Of a DNA stretch of 45,176 nt, positions 17,422-26,916 are shown piece by piece. Both the position numbers and the translations under genes were made by a program. Source of the stretch: Escherichia phage vB_EcoS-22664BS2; the sequence record NC_073324.1; one strand, written 5' to 3'. The notes below the pieces were generated by a model. That model was not told the DNA's origin, made no database searches, and saw only the letters and a program-made list of their open reading frames with translations. Each line of letters starts with the position of its first letter. Position 1 is the stretch's first letter.

Positions 17422-18548
17422 CCCAGCATCTCCGGTGAAATAGTTAAACGTGCGACCTCGCCATATTCGGCGCTATAAGTAATTACATTTGCACTGCGGC
17501 CCGACATCCATCCGCCGCGAGAGGCGTAGGCGTCTTTAGCCGCTAAGGTGCGGTGTTGCTCAACAATCATGTTACGGCTTTCTACAATCTTCTGGTGGTG
17601 CAGATGGCCTACGTGGGCGTAGCTGTAAACACTCTCGCCGAACGCTTTACGGAACTTGGCAATCATAACCGGTTCGATAGCGTCGAATCGTGCTTTATGC
17701 CCGTGATGGAAGAACAGCGTCGTTTTGCCGTGTTGCACCATCTTGTAAACATCCGGCGACGTATCAACAATCACTCGGCTGTCGTTTGAGTATAAAACCG
17801 TGAACATTTCGGCAAGCCATACGGAGCCAACAGGGTCGTGGTTACCTTGAACGATTAAAAGTTTTACTGTGTGATGCTTAACCAGCGCCATATCAACAAC
17901 ACGGCGGACCATACGAATCATGTAACGTACCAGTTTCTGATAGCGAGTATCCGCATCTAATACATGGCGCGACTCGGGGGTAACGGCATCAAGACTATCG
18001 AAGTGTGCGAAGTCCCCAAGCAGGTTAATAACTCCTGTTCCTGCATCCGGTGCTTTCTGAAACGCCGCGTCGAACCACCGAGAGAACAGGTCTTCTGCAA
18101 TCTTCATGTCCCAGTCGTCGCCGCTCTCATCGGCCCATGCCAGCATACCGAGATGGAAATCAGATACAGTGTAAAGATTGAGTAGCTTGTCGTCACGTTT
18201 GGCGCGCGCCGCTTTAACAGGCGCAACGGGCGTAATCTCTGACTTCATGCCCTCTATTACGGCTTTCATCAATTCAACCTGACGTTCGGCGTCGGTATCA
18301 GTCTTAACCCATTGCAACTTAGTGTTGCCGAACTCGTCCACAAGTGACGACGTTCCTTTAATCTTGTAGCCGTCTGGCACAAGGTGGCTAACGTCGCGCC
18401 CGTGGCCCACGCCTTTCTTAGCCAGCTTCGCTTTACGGATACGAATTACGCGGTCTGAGATGCCGTATTTACGGGCGATATCTACATTCTTCATACCGGC
18501 GTTCAATTCTTCCTGCAACTGTTCGTCGGTTATTTTCTTCCGGGCCAT
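17418..18548 (-). CDS. metallophosphoesterase with N-terminal HTH domain
   Basis: Calcineurin-like motifs DFH, GDFAHFD, GNHD, HHGH, GHLHH; N-terminal segment NVDIARKYGISDRVIRIRK is HTH-like. Confidence 0.6.
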   Translation of the reverse strand: MARKKITDEQLQEELNAGMKNVDIARKYGISDRVIRIRKAKLAKKGVGHGRDVSHLVPDGYKIKGTSSLVDEFGNTKLQWVKTDTDAERQVELMKAVIEGMKSEITPVAPVKAARAKRDDKLLNLYTVSDFHLGMLAWADESGDDWDMKIAEDLFSRWFDAAFQKAPDAGTGVINLLGDFAHFDSLDAVTPESRHVLDADTRYQKLVRYMIRMVRRVVDMALVKHHTVKLLIVQGNHDPVGSVWLAEMFTVLYSNDSRVIVDTSPDVYKMVQHGKTTLFFHHGHKARFDAIEPVMIAKFRKAFGESVYSYAHVGHLHHQKIVESRNMIVEQHRTLAAKDAYASRGGWMSGRSANVITYSAEYGEVARLTISPEMLG

Positions 18549-18585
18549 GTTTATTCCTCGTGCTTAGGATTTGTCCTATACTAGC

Positions 18586-18777
18586 TCACTTCTCTTTGAC
18601 ATTCGAGTTGCAAGCCCAGATTAAAATAAATACCCACGGCAGCAGAACCCATCCAAGAAACAGATTAGCCATGAATATCGCTAATTTCGCTTTATGGTCG
18701 CGCATATGCGCCACGAGAAATGGAATAAAATAAACTAAAACGATAATGATTAAGAAGAACATAGTAATACCCGTCAT
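18586..18777 (-). CDS. small membrane protein, superinfection-immunity-like
   Basis: ATG at codon 47 of track ORF; two TM segments; NLFLGWVLLPWVFILIWA resembles the Imm family signature (from memory). Confidence 0.4.
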   Translation of the reverse strand: MTGITMFFLIIIVLVYFIPFLVAHMRDHKAKLAIFMANLFLGWVLLPWVFILIWACNSNVKEK

Positions 18778-18818
18778 GGTGTAGCTCCTGTTTGGGATAA
18801 CATCGTTGGTGTAAGTGA

Positions 18819-18847
18819 ATAGTACACTATTATATTGGGGTGTGCAA
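18819..18847 (-). promoter_or_regulatory. sigma70-like promoter (TTGCAC-N17-TACTAT) for the minus-strand cassette
   Basis: Conserved promoter family. Confidence 0.5.
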
Positions 18848-18954
18848 GTAATGTGATAGAATAATTTTGCGCCTAGTGTCGCACACGAAAAGCGGGTGGT
18901 TCCCGTCTGGCGCATTAACCTTAACCCGTAACCTCTTAACCAAAGGATTAAAGA

Positions 18955-19371
18955 ATGAAACTTTCTGATTTTTATTACGAAGCTGAGGCAGAAAAAGGCG
19001 CCCGTATGCCGATCCCACTGAAAGACGGCACCGATTCAGGGGAGTGGCTGAACGTTGTTTCACCGGAGGCAGACGTTGCGGTTAAAGCCATGCGTGCATT
19101 TACCCTGGCGTACCGCGCGTCGTTAGGTAAACTGAAGCCGCTTCGTGATAAATGCGAGGAACTGAAAGATTTCTCGGAATATAACATTAAGATGGAAGAC
19201 GCCGCGACGGACCTTAACCGCCAGTTAGCACTTGAACTGGTTAACGGTTGGAGTCTCGACGATGAATTTAATAAAGAGAACCTGAATACTCTTTTTTCAC
19301 AATATAAACGCCTCGCTGAACACGTTGTTGTTTTCCACAACGAACAGCTTCACCAATTGCAGGAAAAGTAG
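18955..19371 (+). CDS. tail assembly chaperone (lambda G-like)
   Basis: 138 aa acidic protein directly upstream of tape measure; a -1 frame ORF is open across its stop. Confidence 0.6.
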   Translation: MKLSDFYYEAEAEKGARMPIPLKDGTDSGEWLNVVSPEADVAVKAMRAFTLAYRASLGKLKPLRDKCEELKDFSEYNIKMEDAATDLNRQLALELVNGWSLDDEFNKENLNTLFSQYKRLAEHVVVFHNEQLHQLQEK

Positions 19372-19736
19372 ACGCGTTGCTCCAGTTTGCCCGTTGGAAC
19401 TTCATAACTCGCCACAAACGGCGGGAGTTTGACAGTATCTCCGACGGGCATAAAGCCGCGCTAATTGCTATGGGGGTTATGCAAGACGCGCCGGAAGCAA
19501 CGCAGGACACCGGGCCAGAATGCCCCCCTGAGCTATTAACCACCTTCGAGAAGTACAGGGAAATCAAATTCACCCGCCGAGTGGACGATGATGGCATCAA
19601 GATGTATCCGCGTGAACAGTTAAGATGGTCGGATTTAGTGGCATATAGCACCGTTTCAGGCCAGAATATAGGCATGTTTGAATCTGACATCATCATGAGC
19701 TTAGACGCTATTTTCGAGGGTAGAAACGATGGCTGA
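18955..19736 (+). other. predicted -1 frameshift fusion product of the tail chaperone (G-T-like)
   Basis: -1 frame is open from before the chaperone stop to 19736; candidate slip site AGGAAAAG at 19361-19368, just before TAG. Confidence 0.4.
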
Positions 19737-22068
19737 TGTAGCTAGTTTAGTTGTAAAAGTATCAGAGCAAGGCGCGAAAGCTACATCAGACCGTCTTGAT
19801 AACCTTTCCAAGTCTGCAAAGGTAGCCGGAGCTGCGGTAGCGGGCCTCGCTTCCATCGTCGCCGCTACCGCTTACAAGGCCGCACAGGAACTGGTAGAAT
19901 CCCAACGGCAACTGGACAAGATGTCCGCCAGCCTGAAAACACTAACCGGAAGCACGCAGGGTGCAAGACAGGCGTTAAGCATCCTGCAAGACTTCGCGCG
20001 CGACACTCCGTATGGCCTTGAACAGGCGGTAGAGGGATTCCGTAAACTTGTGGCGCTTGGTCTTACACCGTCAGAAGAAGCGTTGCGTTCCTACGGAAAC
20101 ACCGCCGCTGCTATGGGTAAAGACCTGAATCAGATGATTGAGGCGGTTGCAGACGCTAGTACTTTTGAATTTGAGCGCCTTAAAGAATTTGGTATCAAGG
20201 CCAAACAGAACAAAAACGATGTTGAATTTACATTCCAGGGTACTACTACGGTAGTTAAGAAGAGCGCTGCCGACATCGAGCAATACCTGCTCAACATCGG
20301 TAACGTAAACTTCGCGGGGGCTATGGCGGACCAGGCCAACACACTTAACGGGGCCATCGCCAGTGCCAGCGACTCATGGTCGCAGTTAAAAATGACACTG
20401 GCTACCAGTCTTGATGTTGGTGCGCTCGCCGAACCTATCCGATACATCGATGATTTAATCCAGGAACTTAACGCACAGGTTGCATCCGGTGAACTTGCCG
20501 CAGAGATGCGTATGTGGGGTGACATCGCGTCGGAAGTAGGAAGCGCAATAGAGATGTCATTCGACGCGGCATTTGGTTTCGTGGGTGATGCGATAAACGG
20601 GCTAAATGAGCTTTGGGATTTTAGTAGCAAAAGTATCACGGATAGCGGCGAACAAACGGCGACAACCATAGCGGAATCAGCCGCCGATGCGCTCGATTTC
20701 ATCGCGGAAGAATTTACCGCGATGGAGCGCTTCTTTGAGGATATGGTTAAAGGGGCGCAGGATGCCGGTCGGCTGGTTAAGGCCGCCTTCACACCAGGGG
20801 AATCCGTAGACGTAGCAAAAAATATTAACTTCCAGCTGGGGATGGCACTGGATACTCAGCGCGACGTTGCGGACCTGACACGTAAAAGTTTCCGCGAACA
20901 GGTGGAGGCTCAGCAAAATATCGTCGCGCTTAAACGCGCAGCGTATGACATCGACAAAGAAGCCGCTAAGGAAGAAGGGCTTAGTAAATTTAAGGTAACT
21001 GGTACCGGCGGCGGATCTGAAGATGATAGCGCGGGTGCAAAAGCCGCTAAGAAAGCAGCGGATGCGTTCGAGCGCCAGAAGAAAGCCGCGGAGGATTTCT
21101 ACTATCAGTCAATTCATCTCAATGATGACGTATTCCAGAAAATAGAAGCCAACCAGGAACAGCAGTTAACCAAGCTACAGGAGTTTTACGGCAATCAGCT
21201 TCTTAGCGACCAGCAGTACGAAAACGCCAAGACGCAGATTATGCTGGAAGCGGACACTGCTCGCCAGGAGGAACTCGCTAAACGAGAGAAAGAACGGCAG
21301 GAAAAGAACCAGAAAGGTGAAGACTTCATGGCTCAGATTATGGGTCAGAACGCCGCTGAGCTTGAGCTTCTCAACATTCAGGAACAGCAGAAACTGTCGG
21401 TAGCAGATAAGTACCGCGAGCAGGGTTTGATTAGTGAGAAGCAGTATCAGGCTGCGCTTAATGCCATCAACGAGCAGTACGCCACGAAGCGTGCCGACGC
21501 AACGGCAACGGCCTTCGGTAACATGGCCTCAAACATCGGTTCGGCTTTGGGCGAGGCTTCTGGCGCGTACAAGGCATTCGCTATCGTGCAGGCCACTATA
21601 GCCACGTACACCGCGGCTATTGAGGCGTATAAGTCAACAGCGGCTATCCCTGTAGTTGGCCCGTTCCTGGCTCCTGTAGCTGCCGCTGCTGCCGTTGGGG
21701 CGGGTATGGCGCAGATTTCCGCTATCAGGTCCGCACGTGAACAGGGCGGACAGTTATCCGCGGGGCAGGCTTCAACCATCGCCGAACGCGGTAAACCAGA
21801 AGTTATCATGCCCGCTGGTGCGTCACGTGTACGCACCGCACAGCAGATGAAAGAAATTATGGGGCAAAACGGGTCTTCTTCCGGACCGTCTAATGTTACT
21901 ATCGTAAACAACACGAGTTCTCAAATCGGCAACGTATCCACTGAGCAAGATGATGAAGGCCGTTTGCGTATCATCATCGAGGAGCAAGTGGCTGCCTCTT
22001 TGCAGAACAGTAACAGTAAGATTAGCAAGGCCCGCAAGGCCACAAGAAATGCGCCGGGGTTTAAATAA
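19729..22068 (+). CDS. tape measure protein
   Basis: 779 aa, Ala/Gln/Glu-rich coiled coil, follows chaperone pair. Confidence 0.85.
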   Translation: MADVASLVVKVSEQGAKATSDRLDNLSKSAKVAGAAVAGLASIVAATAYKAAQELVESQRQLDKMSASLKTLTGSTQGARQALSILQDFARDTPYGLEQAVEGFRKLVALGLTPSEEALRSYGNTAAAMGKDLNQMIEAVADASTFEFERLKEFGIKAKQNKNDVEFTFQGTTTVVKKSAADIEQYLLNIGNVNFAGAMADQANTLNGAIASASDSWSQLKMTLATSLDVGALAEPIRYIDDLIQELNAQVASGELAAEMRMWGDIASEVGSAIEMSFDAAFGFVGDAINGLNELWDFSSKSITDSGEQTATTIAESAADALDFIAEEFTAMERFFEDMVKGAQDAGRLVKAAFTPGESVDVAKNINFQLGMALDTQRDVADLTRKSFREQVEAQQNIVALKRAAYDIDKEAAKEEGLSKFKVTGTGGGSEDDSAGAKAAKKAADAFERQKKAAEDFYYQSIHLNDDVFQKIEANQEQQLTKLQEFYGNQLLSDQQYENAKTQIMLEADTARQEELAKREKERQEKNQKGEDFMAQIMGQNAAELELLNIQEQQKLSVADKYREQGLISEKQYQAALNAINEQYATKRADATATAFGNMASNIGSALGEASGAYKAFAIVQATIATYTAAIEAYKSTAAIPVVGPFLAPVAAAAAVGAGMAQISAIRSAREQGGQLSAGQASTIAERGKPEVIMPAGASRVRTAQQMKEIMGQNGSSSGPSNVTIVNNTSSQIGNVSTEQDDEGRLRIIIEEQVAASLQNSNSKISKARKATRNAPGFK

Positions 22069-23465
22069 TGAGCGACTTATATTTCCCACGTAGCCTTAAG
22101 CCGGTGGTATCGAAAGGCTACTCAATGACCAGACGCAACAACGTCTGGAGTGTAGATTTAGCCGGTGGCGGAGTGCGTCAAGGCCGTGACACGTATTATG
22201 ATGTGTTCCCAATAAGCGTAACCCTGATTACATCCGCAATGGGGCGGCAGGCGTTTCTGTCGTTCCTCGAGAAAGTCGATGGTGGCGCGTCAAGTTTCTG
22301 GATGGCGCACGACTTCGGCATGGGTATTGAGGATTATCAAGTCACCATTACATCCACCGTCGCCGAGTCCACTGAAGACGGGATTAACTGGACAATTACT
22401 TTCACGGCAACCGCTGAGAAATCACCGTTCCAGGACCTCGAGAACCAGTGTCTGATTAACAATCTGCCAGATTTGTATGGCTGTTATGGTGATTGCCTGG
22501 GCAGTTTCCTGAAAATATACGCGAACTATGAGACAACGTTCCCGCGCATCTGGAGCAATGAAGGGCCTGCCGGGTATCCACCGATTAACCTTCTGGCGTC
22601 GACTCTTGATAGCCGCATTGTGTATGGCGCGCCGCAGGTTTATTACATCAACCGCAACGGCAATCTTGTGCAGTCCGCCGCTAATGAATGGCCTCTTACG
22701 TTTATTGATGGGGTTGCTGTTGGACGTGTTCCGCCGGAATCCGCGTCCAGTAATATCCTGATTAAATCGTCGAAATTATCTGACGCATCGTGGGATAAAA
22801 CTAGAACAACAGTGTCGGATGCAGTTGACGGATTTCTAAACGGTGGTACGTTCTCGCTAGTCCCGAACCAGACAAACACCAGCCATCTCGTATATCAATC
22901 GGTGTCTTCCGCTTTTGCGGAGGGTGATGTATACACTCTCAGTTACGTTGCTAAGGCATATGGTTATAATTATGCGAGACTTCGCGCCGCTGATGATGCT
23001 GGGTTTATCGCGGATTGTGTTGCTAACTTATCGACAGGGGTTATTTACGCGGGCGCCCCCGGCAGCGATATAGCAGAGCTTGGCGATGGTTGGTATCGAT
23101 TTACAGAAACGGTAGCTATACGCCAGGGCGGCGCATCTTCTCTGCTTTTAGCGTCATGGGTGTACAACAACTCCGCCGTTGGTTCATTTGTCGGTGACGG
23201 GGTTAGTGGGATATTAGTGTGCGCGATGCAAATAGAAAAATCACCTTTTGCCACGTCGCCAATAGTAACCGAATCGTCACCGGTAACCCGAACGACGGCA
23301 TCGGCAAAAGTAGTAATGAACGGTGCAACAAGCATTGATATTACATATTCAGACGGCTCTGTGGTAAACGTTCCGTCTGTTGACGGTTACGCCGCCATCC
23401 CTCAAGCAGACTCTGCGTGGGGAAGCAAGTACATCACCCGTATTGATTTTAATGTGGACAGTTAA
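22068..23465 (+). CDS. distal tail protein with C-terminal extension (putative)
   Basis: First gene after tape measure; 465 aa. Confidence 0.5.
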   Translation: MSDLYFPRSLKPVVSKGYSMTRRNNVWSVDLAGGGVRQGRDTYYDVFPISVTLITSAMGRQAFLSFLEKVDGGASSFWMAHDFGMGIEDYQVTITSTVAESTEDGINWTITFTATAEKSPFQDLENQCLINNLPDLYGCYGDCLGSFLKIYANYETTFPRIWSNEGPAGYPPINLLASTLDSRIVYGAPQVYYINRNGNLVQSAANEWPLTFIDGVAVGRVPPESASSNILIKSSKLSDASWDKTRTTVSDAVDGFLNGGTFSLVPNQTNTSHLVYQSVSSAFAEGDVYTLSYVAKAYGYNYARLRAADDAGFIADCVANLSTGVIYAGAPGSDIAELGDGWYRFTETVAIRQGGASSLLLASWVYNNSAVGSFVGDGVSGILVCAMQIEKSPFATSPIVTESSPVTRTTASAKVVMNGATSIDITYSDGSVVNVPSVDGYAAIPQADSAWGSKYITRIDFNVDS

Positions 23466-23468
23466 CTT

Positions 23469-23984
23469 ATGAGCCAGGAATCAGTAGAAGCCGCCTATCG
23501 CCGTAAGCTGGCCTCCAACCCCGACGGCGAGATGGACTACATCACGTTGCAAATCAGCCACCCGTTGCTGTCTAAGACGTACTATCTTGTGCGCGGGTTA
23601 CAGGAACTCACGGCAACACTGGAGACAGGCGAAATTATCACGTTCGAGCCAACCCCGATGGAGGCGTCGGGGGCGGCTAACAACAGTGATATGGACCAGA
23701 CGACTACGTTTACTTTACCGGATATTCTCAATCAACTTGACGATGAGATGGATAAAATCCCTATGAGTAACACCGAGTTGCCGAAGTTCGTCTTCCGTCG
23801 TTACGTCAGCACAGACCTGTCTTATCCGGCTGACGGTCCTGTCATGTATGAGTTGCAGGCCATCAACCAGGAGAAGGGCGAGTTCTCCGCGGATGTTGGT
23901 ACACCTATGCTGAACCAGCGAAGCACTGGTATACTGATGACACCTAAAGAGATACCGTTATTACGCGGCCTGTTGACCACATGA
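23469..23984 (+). CDS. minor tail protein (lambda L-like position)
   Basis: Gene order in tail tip block. Confidence 0.45.
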   Translation: MSQESVEAAYRRKLASNPDGEMDYITLQISHPLLSKTYYLVRGLQELTATLETGEIITFEPTPMEASGAANNSDMDQTTTFTLPDILNQLDDEMDKIPMSNTELPKFVFRRYVSTDLSYPADGPVMYELQAINQEKGEFSADVGTPMLNQRSTGILMTPKEIPLLRGLLTT

Positions 23985-24346
23985 ATATTAACGACTACAC
24001 GGGCATACCTTACGACTTTCGCAAGCGCAATTGCTGGCATCACGTGCGCATTGTCCGCGCGGATGCCGGGTTAGAAACCCCTGCGTTCGACGTTACAAGC
24101 CCAACGGCAATTAACGAAGCGTTTGACGAAGGCCACCGTGACACGAAGGGGCTTACAAAAATTGATAAGCCTGAAAACTTCTGCGCGGTGCTTATGGGTT
24201 ATCGCCGCGGGGGTCGTATCGTGTGGCACGCTGGAGTTTACTTCGACGGGATGGTGAGTCATTGCGAGCTTGCATCCCGTCAGGTACGGCTTGACAGGCT
24301 GGTGGACCTCAGAGACACGTACACGGAGATTGAATTTTGGCGATAA
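23981..24346 (+). CDS. tail tip assembly protein, NlpC/P60-like (lambda K-like)
   Basis: Cys in RNCWHH and downstream His in WHAGVYFDGMVSH; gene order. Confidence 0.5.
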   Translation: MNINDYTGIPYDFRKRNCWHHVRIVRADAGLETPAFDVTSPTAINEAFDEGHRDTKGLTKIDKPENFCAVLMGYRRGGRIVWHAGVYFDGMVSHCELASRQVRLDRLVDLRDTYTEIEFWR

Positions 24347-26904
24347 TCCTGCACTACACGCGAAACGCTGAAGGCGCTTTCGACCGTACAAAACACGTCG
24401 GGATGCCGATGGAGTTTGTCGTTAACCGTATTCCCTACGGCGTGCCTGTGCGCGTCTATCTCGGTGAGATTGGCGATGATACAGATGTAACAGACGACTT
24501 CAATGCGCTCAAAGACGAGGACGCCGTGTACCACATTATCGAGGGTGCAGGCGGTGGTATCGGCGACGCTATCGGTAGTGTATTCAGTTTCATCCTTAAG
24601 CCAATTGCCAAATTGTTCGGGCTAAACACAGCAGCTAACGCTAATTATTCCGCTACCAACAATCAGGCTACGTCGCCTAACAACAGTCTTACTGACCGCT
24701 CGAACAAGCCACGTCCTTATGAACGTTCTTATGACATCTGCGGGACAGTGCAGACTATACCCAATGACCTGATGCAGACGTATAAGGTGTTTAACGCCAC
24801 GGGGGCGCTTATTGAATATGCGTACTATGACGCCGGTCGAGGGTATCTGCATATTGAGGAAGACGGTGTAACTGAGGCAGATACCCGAATCAGCGAGATA
24901 ACTGGCTCGTCGGTGACGGTGTATTCTCCTTACACTTCGCCGAATAACACCAGCACACCACAATTGCATATCGGCGACCCTATAGACCAGAAATTGTACG
25001 TTACATTTAAAAACGCCGATGTCGATGGCGCTGTTCTTCCCGCCCCTAATGATATCGCTATAGACGTGCAGGACTACACTGTCCAGCGGCAGGGAACAAC
25101 CGGCGTTGTAGTAGGCGATGACGCTGGTTTCGATGAGTTTTTGGCGGTCGGGGACCTGGCATACTTCGATAACGTATATGCAGATACAACCCCAGGGTCT
25201 TTGGGTAATGAGGTTAACCTGGACGGGAGGTACACGGTTCTTTCTGTTAGTGAAACGACCCTTATTGTGGACGTCAGTACAAATCAATCAATATGGAACC
25301 AGCTAGGAACATCTGTATGGTTTATAGGTGAAGAGGGCAACCATCTTATAGGCCCGGCGGATACTTACGCGGCTTCCCTCTCTGAATGGGCGTACATCAC
25401 CCGCGGAACCGTCGACCGTGTTGTAGCCAATGTGGCTGCCAGCAACGGCATGTACAAATACAACGGCGACTATAACCGCGCTTCAGTGACAGTCGAACTG
25501 CAATACCAGATGGTAGATGAATTGAAACAGCCTGTAGGTGACATATTTACCGTACGAGGAACCGTAACAGGCCGGAACACGGATTACACAGGGATTACTC
25601 TTTACGGAAGTTTACCAACTGCTTCCAGATTCCGCGCCCGTATGCGTCGTGTTTCGGACACCGATAAAGATTTTGAAGGTACTGTTAGCGACGAGGTTAC
25701 TTTCACTAATCTGTATGGGCAGTCGCTGGACACGACCCCCCACTACGGCAACCGTACTACCGTACACTGCGCCCGTAAACAAACCCCACGTGCAGCCGAG
25801 GTGTCCGAACCGGAACTGCGCATGATTGCAACCGAGATGTGCTACAAATACTTAGGTAACGGCGTATTCGATACGGTAATGACACCGAACACTCAGGCCG
25901 TGCAGTCGCTAATCAGGCTGGCGCGTGACCCTGTGGTGGGTAATCTGGAACTGACAACGGCAAATATGGACAAGTTACTTGCCGTGCAGGAAGAAATTGA
26001 GTCGTATTTTGACAGTGAATTAGCCGGGCAGTTCTGCTACACATTCGACGACTACGACACAACCATGCAAGACATCGTTCAGACCATCGCGGAAGCCGTG
26101 TTTTGTACGGCATACCGTAAAGGTGCTGATATTATGCTGCGATTCGACCGTCCTGTTGCGGGGCCTGAGATGGTTTTCACCCACCGCAGCAAAACGACCG
26201 GTACGGAGAAATGGACGCGCACGTTCAACGATTCGACAACCTACGATAGCCTGTCGTTCTCGTACATTGACCCGGATACAAACGTACAGGAGACGATTTA
26301 TATCCCGGAAGAACTCGGCGCGAACACCGAGGAGTACGAATCGAAGGGTGTACGTAACTATCAGCAAGCGTACTGGCTGGCGTGGCGTCGCTACCAGCGC
26401 AACACGTTAAGTAAAGTTGTCGTAGAGTTCGAAGCTACCGAAGAAGGCGCTCTCGCTACTCCCGGCGGCGTAATCAGTGTGGTTAAAGGCTCGCGTATCG
26501 CGCCGCAGGATGGTTATGTTGTTGCCGTCAATGGCCTTACGCTGACGCTGTCTCAGCCTGTTACGTTTACTCCTGGTGATGACCATTCCATCATTCTTAA
26601 GAAGCGCGACGGCTCTGTGCAGAGTATTTCTGTTATCAAAGGAAGCCACGACCGCGAAGTGATTATGCTCTCCGCGCCGGAGGAGGCAATCTACACGGGG
26701 AATAGTGCGCTAAAAACTGAGTTTTCATTCGGCAACGAAGCAAGGCATAATGCTCAGAAGATAGTTGTTTCTTCAATCGACCCCGGCGACGACCGCACGG
26801 TCAAGATTACGGGCTACAACTATGATGACGGATTCTATAAATACGACGGCGTCGCGCCATACGGCAGCGGTTTCTCCGACGGATTCAGCAATGGTTTTAA
26901 TTAA
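24337..26904 (+). CDS. tail tip / central fibre protein (lambda J-like; N-terminus resembles lambda I)
   Basis: 855 aa, TTG start overlapping upstream gene; Gly-rich hydrophobic N-terminal segment. Confidence 0.6.
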   Translation: MAIILHYTRNAEGAFDRTKHVGMPMEFVVNRIPYGVPVRVYLGEIGDDTDVTDDFNALKDEDAVYHIIEGAGGGIGDAIGSVFSFILKPIAKLFGLNTAANANYSATNNQATSPNNSLTDRSNKPRPYERSYDICGTVQTIPNDLMQTYKVFNATGALIEYAYYDAGRGYLHIEEDGVTEADTRISEITGSSVTVYSPYTSPNNTSTPQLHIGDPIDQKLYVTFKNADVDGAVLPAPNDIAIDVQDYTVQRQGTTGVVVGDDAGFDEFLAVGDLAYFDNVYADTTPGSLGNEVNLDGRYTVLSVSETTLIVDVSTNQSIWNQLGTSVWFIGEEGNHLIGPADTYAASLSEWAYITRGTVDRVVANVAASNGMYKYNGDYNRASVTVELQYQMVDELKQPVGDIFTVRGTVTGRNTDYTGITLYGSLPTASRFRARMRRVSDTDKDFEGTVSDEVTFTNLYGQSLDTTPHYGNRTTVHCARKQTPRAAEVSEPELRMIATEMCYKYLGNGVFDTVMTPNTQAVQSLIRLARDPVVGNLELTTANMDKLLAVQEEIESYFDSELAGQFCYTFDDYDTTMQDIVQTIAEAVFCTAYRKGADIMLRFDRPVAGPEMVFTHRSKTTGTEKWTRTFNDSTTYDSLSFSYIDPDTNVQETIYIPEELGANTEEYESKGVRNYQQAYWLAWRRYQRNTLSKVVVEFEATEEGALATPGGVISVVKGSRIAPQDGYVVAVNGLTLTLSQPVTFTPGDDHSIILKKRDGSVQSISVIKGSHDREVIMLSAPEEAIYTGNSALKTEFSFGNEARHNAQKIVVSSIDPGDDRTVKITGYNYDDGFYKYDGVAPYGSGFSDGFSNGFN

Positions 26905-26916
26905 AGAGGACTCTAT

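Noticed and set aside
20130-20792. Antisense ORF (220 aa) inside the tape measure gene
   Set aside because: The Ala/Ser-rich low-complexity translation is typical of the reverse strand of a tape measure gene; no start context.
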